This document shows, in pieces, positions 62,831 to 64,000 of a DNA stretch of 64,000 nt. The DNA is from a virus. The notes below the pieces were generated by a model. The model did not search any database. It saw only the letters and a list, made by a program, of their open reading frames with translations, and was not told where the DNA came from. Positions within the stretch are counted from its first letter, which is position 1. Every line of letters begins with the position of its first letter. The translations under genes and the position numbers were made by a program. The DNA lies in the IMG/VR virus record IMGVR_UViG_3300042469_000981; one strand, written 5' to 3'.

Positions 62831-64000
62831 TTAAGTTAAATAACGTACTATTACTATACCTGAGCCACCATTTCCAGCTGTAGTAGCATTAGCACCACCA
62901 CCACCTCCTCCACCTGTATTTGAAACACCTGAAGTATTAGGGGTTAAAACTCCATTAATTAATCCAACACTATTACCTCCTCCTCCAAGTCCACCAAGAC
63001 CTGAATTAGGAATAGTTCCTGAGAAGTTATGACTACCTCCACCTCCACCTCCACCTGAGTAATAGGTAGAAAATCCAGTAATTGAATATGCTAAACCATC
63101 TCCACCGGCTGTTCCATCTAGAACACCTGAGGTATCTGTAGAGTTTTCACCAGCTTCACCAGCACCACCACCTCCACCTGCAGATCTTGAACTATTAAGA
63201 TCATCTCCTCCTTTATTACCTTGACCAGTAATACCTGCAGCACCTGCTACTCCTGAGTCACCACCAGCTCCACCACCAGATCCTCCTATACTAGGTACAT
63301 TTGGATTTTGATCAGCACCTCCTCTACCACCACCAATAGCAGTTAATCCGCCAAATACAGAATTTGACCCGTTAGTAGCATTGTTTTGATCAATAGTACC
63401 TCCACTACCACCGGCACCAATAGTTACAGTAATACCACTACCTGCGGAAACACCATAAGAAGATACATAAAGTAATCCTCCGGCACCTCCGCCTCCTCCT
63501 CCTCCACCATTAACATTAGATTCAGCTCCTCCACCTCCACCACCTCCAGCAACAACAAGTACTTCTACTTGACCTGTAAATGAAGGAGTAAAGGTTGCTG
63601 AACCTGTAAATGTATGAATAGTAAATGGTCCTGAATATGAAATTGTACCACCTGAACCTGAATTGAAATTAGTCCAAGCTTGAACTTGGGCTTGACTTAT
63701 TGAAGTATCAGGAATAGAAGCTAATGTATTTACAGCAAAATTATTACCAGGGACAGCATAAGTTTGCATATTTGTAAAATAAAGAGCATCAAAATATGTT
63801 CCTGTATATAGTAAAGATCCATTTACATACCAATATGAATTGGTATTGGTAAAATACCAAGCAGATCTATTTTTACCTTGTTTAGGAGTAAAACTCCCAG
63901 CATAAAAATATCCACCACTATTGTTTCCATCCCAATATATTTGTCCTGATCCTCCTAAATTAGCAAAATAAAAATAATCTGATCCTGCAGACGGGTTATT
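62831..64000 (-). CDS. glycine-rich domain fibre protein, 5' end outside the window
   Basis: Frame stays open from the track's ATG (63769) to the window end (77 more codons, NNPSAGSDYF...); C-terminal VEVLVVAGGGG...GGSGIVIVRY domain. Confidence 0.8.
   Translation of the reverse strand, partial: NNPSAGSDYFYFANLGGSGQIYWDGNNSGGYFYAGSFTPKQGKNRSAWYFTNTNSYWYVNGSLLYTGTYFDALYFTNMQTYAVPGNNFAVNTLASIPDTSISQAQVQAWTNFNSGSGGTISYSGPFTIHTFTGSATFTPSFTGQVEVLVVAGGGGGGGAESNVNGGGGGGGGAGGLLYVSSYGVSAGSGITVTIGAGGSGGTIDQNNATNGSNSVFGGLTAIGGGRGGADQNPNVPSIGGSGGGAGGDSGVAGAAGITGQGNKGGDDLNSSRSAGGGGGAGEAGENSTDTSGVLDGTAGGDGLAYSITGFSTYYSGGGGGGGSHNFSGTIPNSGLGGLGGGGNSVGLINGVLTPNTSGVSNTGGGGGGGANATTAGNGGSGIVIVRYLT

Noticed and set aside
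59390-63560. Runs of CCA/CCT/CCG triplets as microsatellites or G-quadruplex elements
   Set aside because: Explained by poly-Gly coding in the glycine-rich domains
53347-64000. Diversity-generating retroelement acting on the fibres
   Set aside because: No reverse transcriptase in the window and no template/variable repeat pair differing only at adenines was noticed; one elsewhere in the genome cannot be excluded
1-64000. Stop-codon reassignment
   Set aside because: Long conserved genes are intact in the standard code, and TAA, TGA and TAG all end genes at tight junctions
1-64000. tRNA, rRNA or integrase genes
   Set aside because: Intergenic gaps are too short or lack cloverleaf features by eye; no recombinase motifs seen; a tRNAscan-SE run would confirm

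Overview
A 64 kb piece of a large, AT-rich, lytic myovirus-type phage genome, densely coding, with every credible gene on the minus strand. In transcription order (right to left): glycine-rich and LamG-like fibre genes (53.3-64 kb); contractile tail module with sheath, tube, chaperones, tape measure and baseplate/CHAP hub (40.4-52.5 kb); a small divergent family A polymerase, SSB, RecA/UvsX-like recombinase, 5'-3' exonuclease, helicase and class II RNR (32-40.4 kb); a 7-deazaguanine cluster (folE, queD, queE, queC, TGT/DpdA-like gene) interleaved with an HPRT-like PRTase, a thioesterase, two thioredoxins and a DenV-like glycosylase (23.5-29.7 kb); an array of short repeat-linked genes (21.1-22.8 kb); dUTPase-like gene, PolB, sliding clamp, groES/groEL and clamp loader (12.4-21 kb); a glycosyltransferase/methyltransferase block (3.3-10.9 kb); small regulatory or envelope genes. 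Ten promoter-like sites share YTTGGH-N18-TATATTWM, resembling Bacteroidota housekeeping promoters, so a Bacteroidota host is inferred. The best leads are: (1) probable 7-deazaguanine DNA modification, with parts for both a base-exchange route and a possible nucleotide-level route (PRTase, MazG-like enzyme, thumbless PolA with an altered steric gate); (2) a cassette array with microhomology junctions and canonical Shine-Dalgarno sites; (3) a +1/-2 frameshift candidate in the tail chaperone; (4) modular LamG fibres showing gene fission and a circularly permuted inserted domain. All product calls come from motif recognition by eye; no database search was run.
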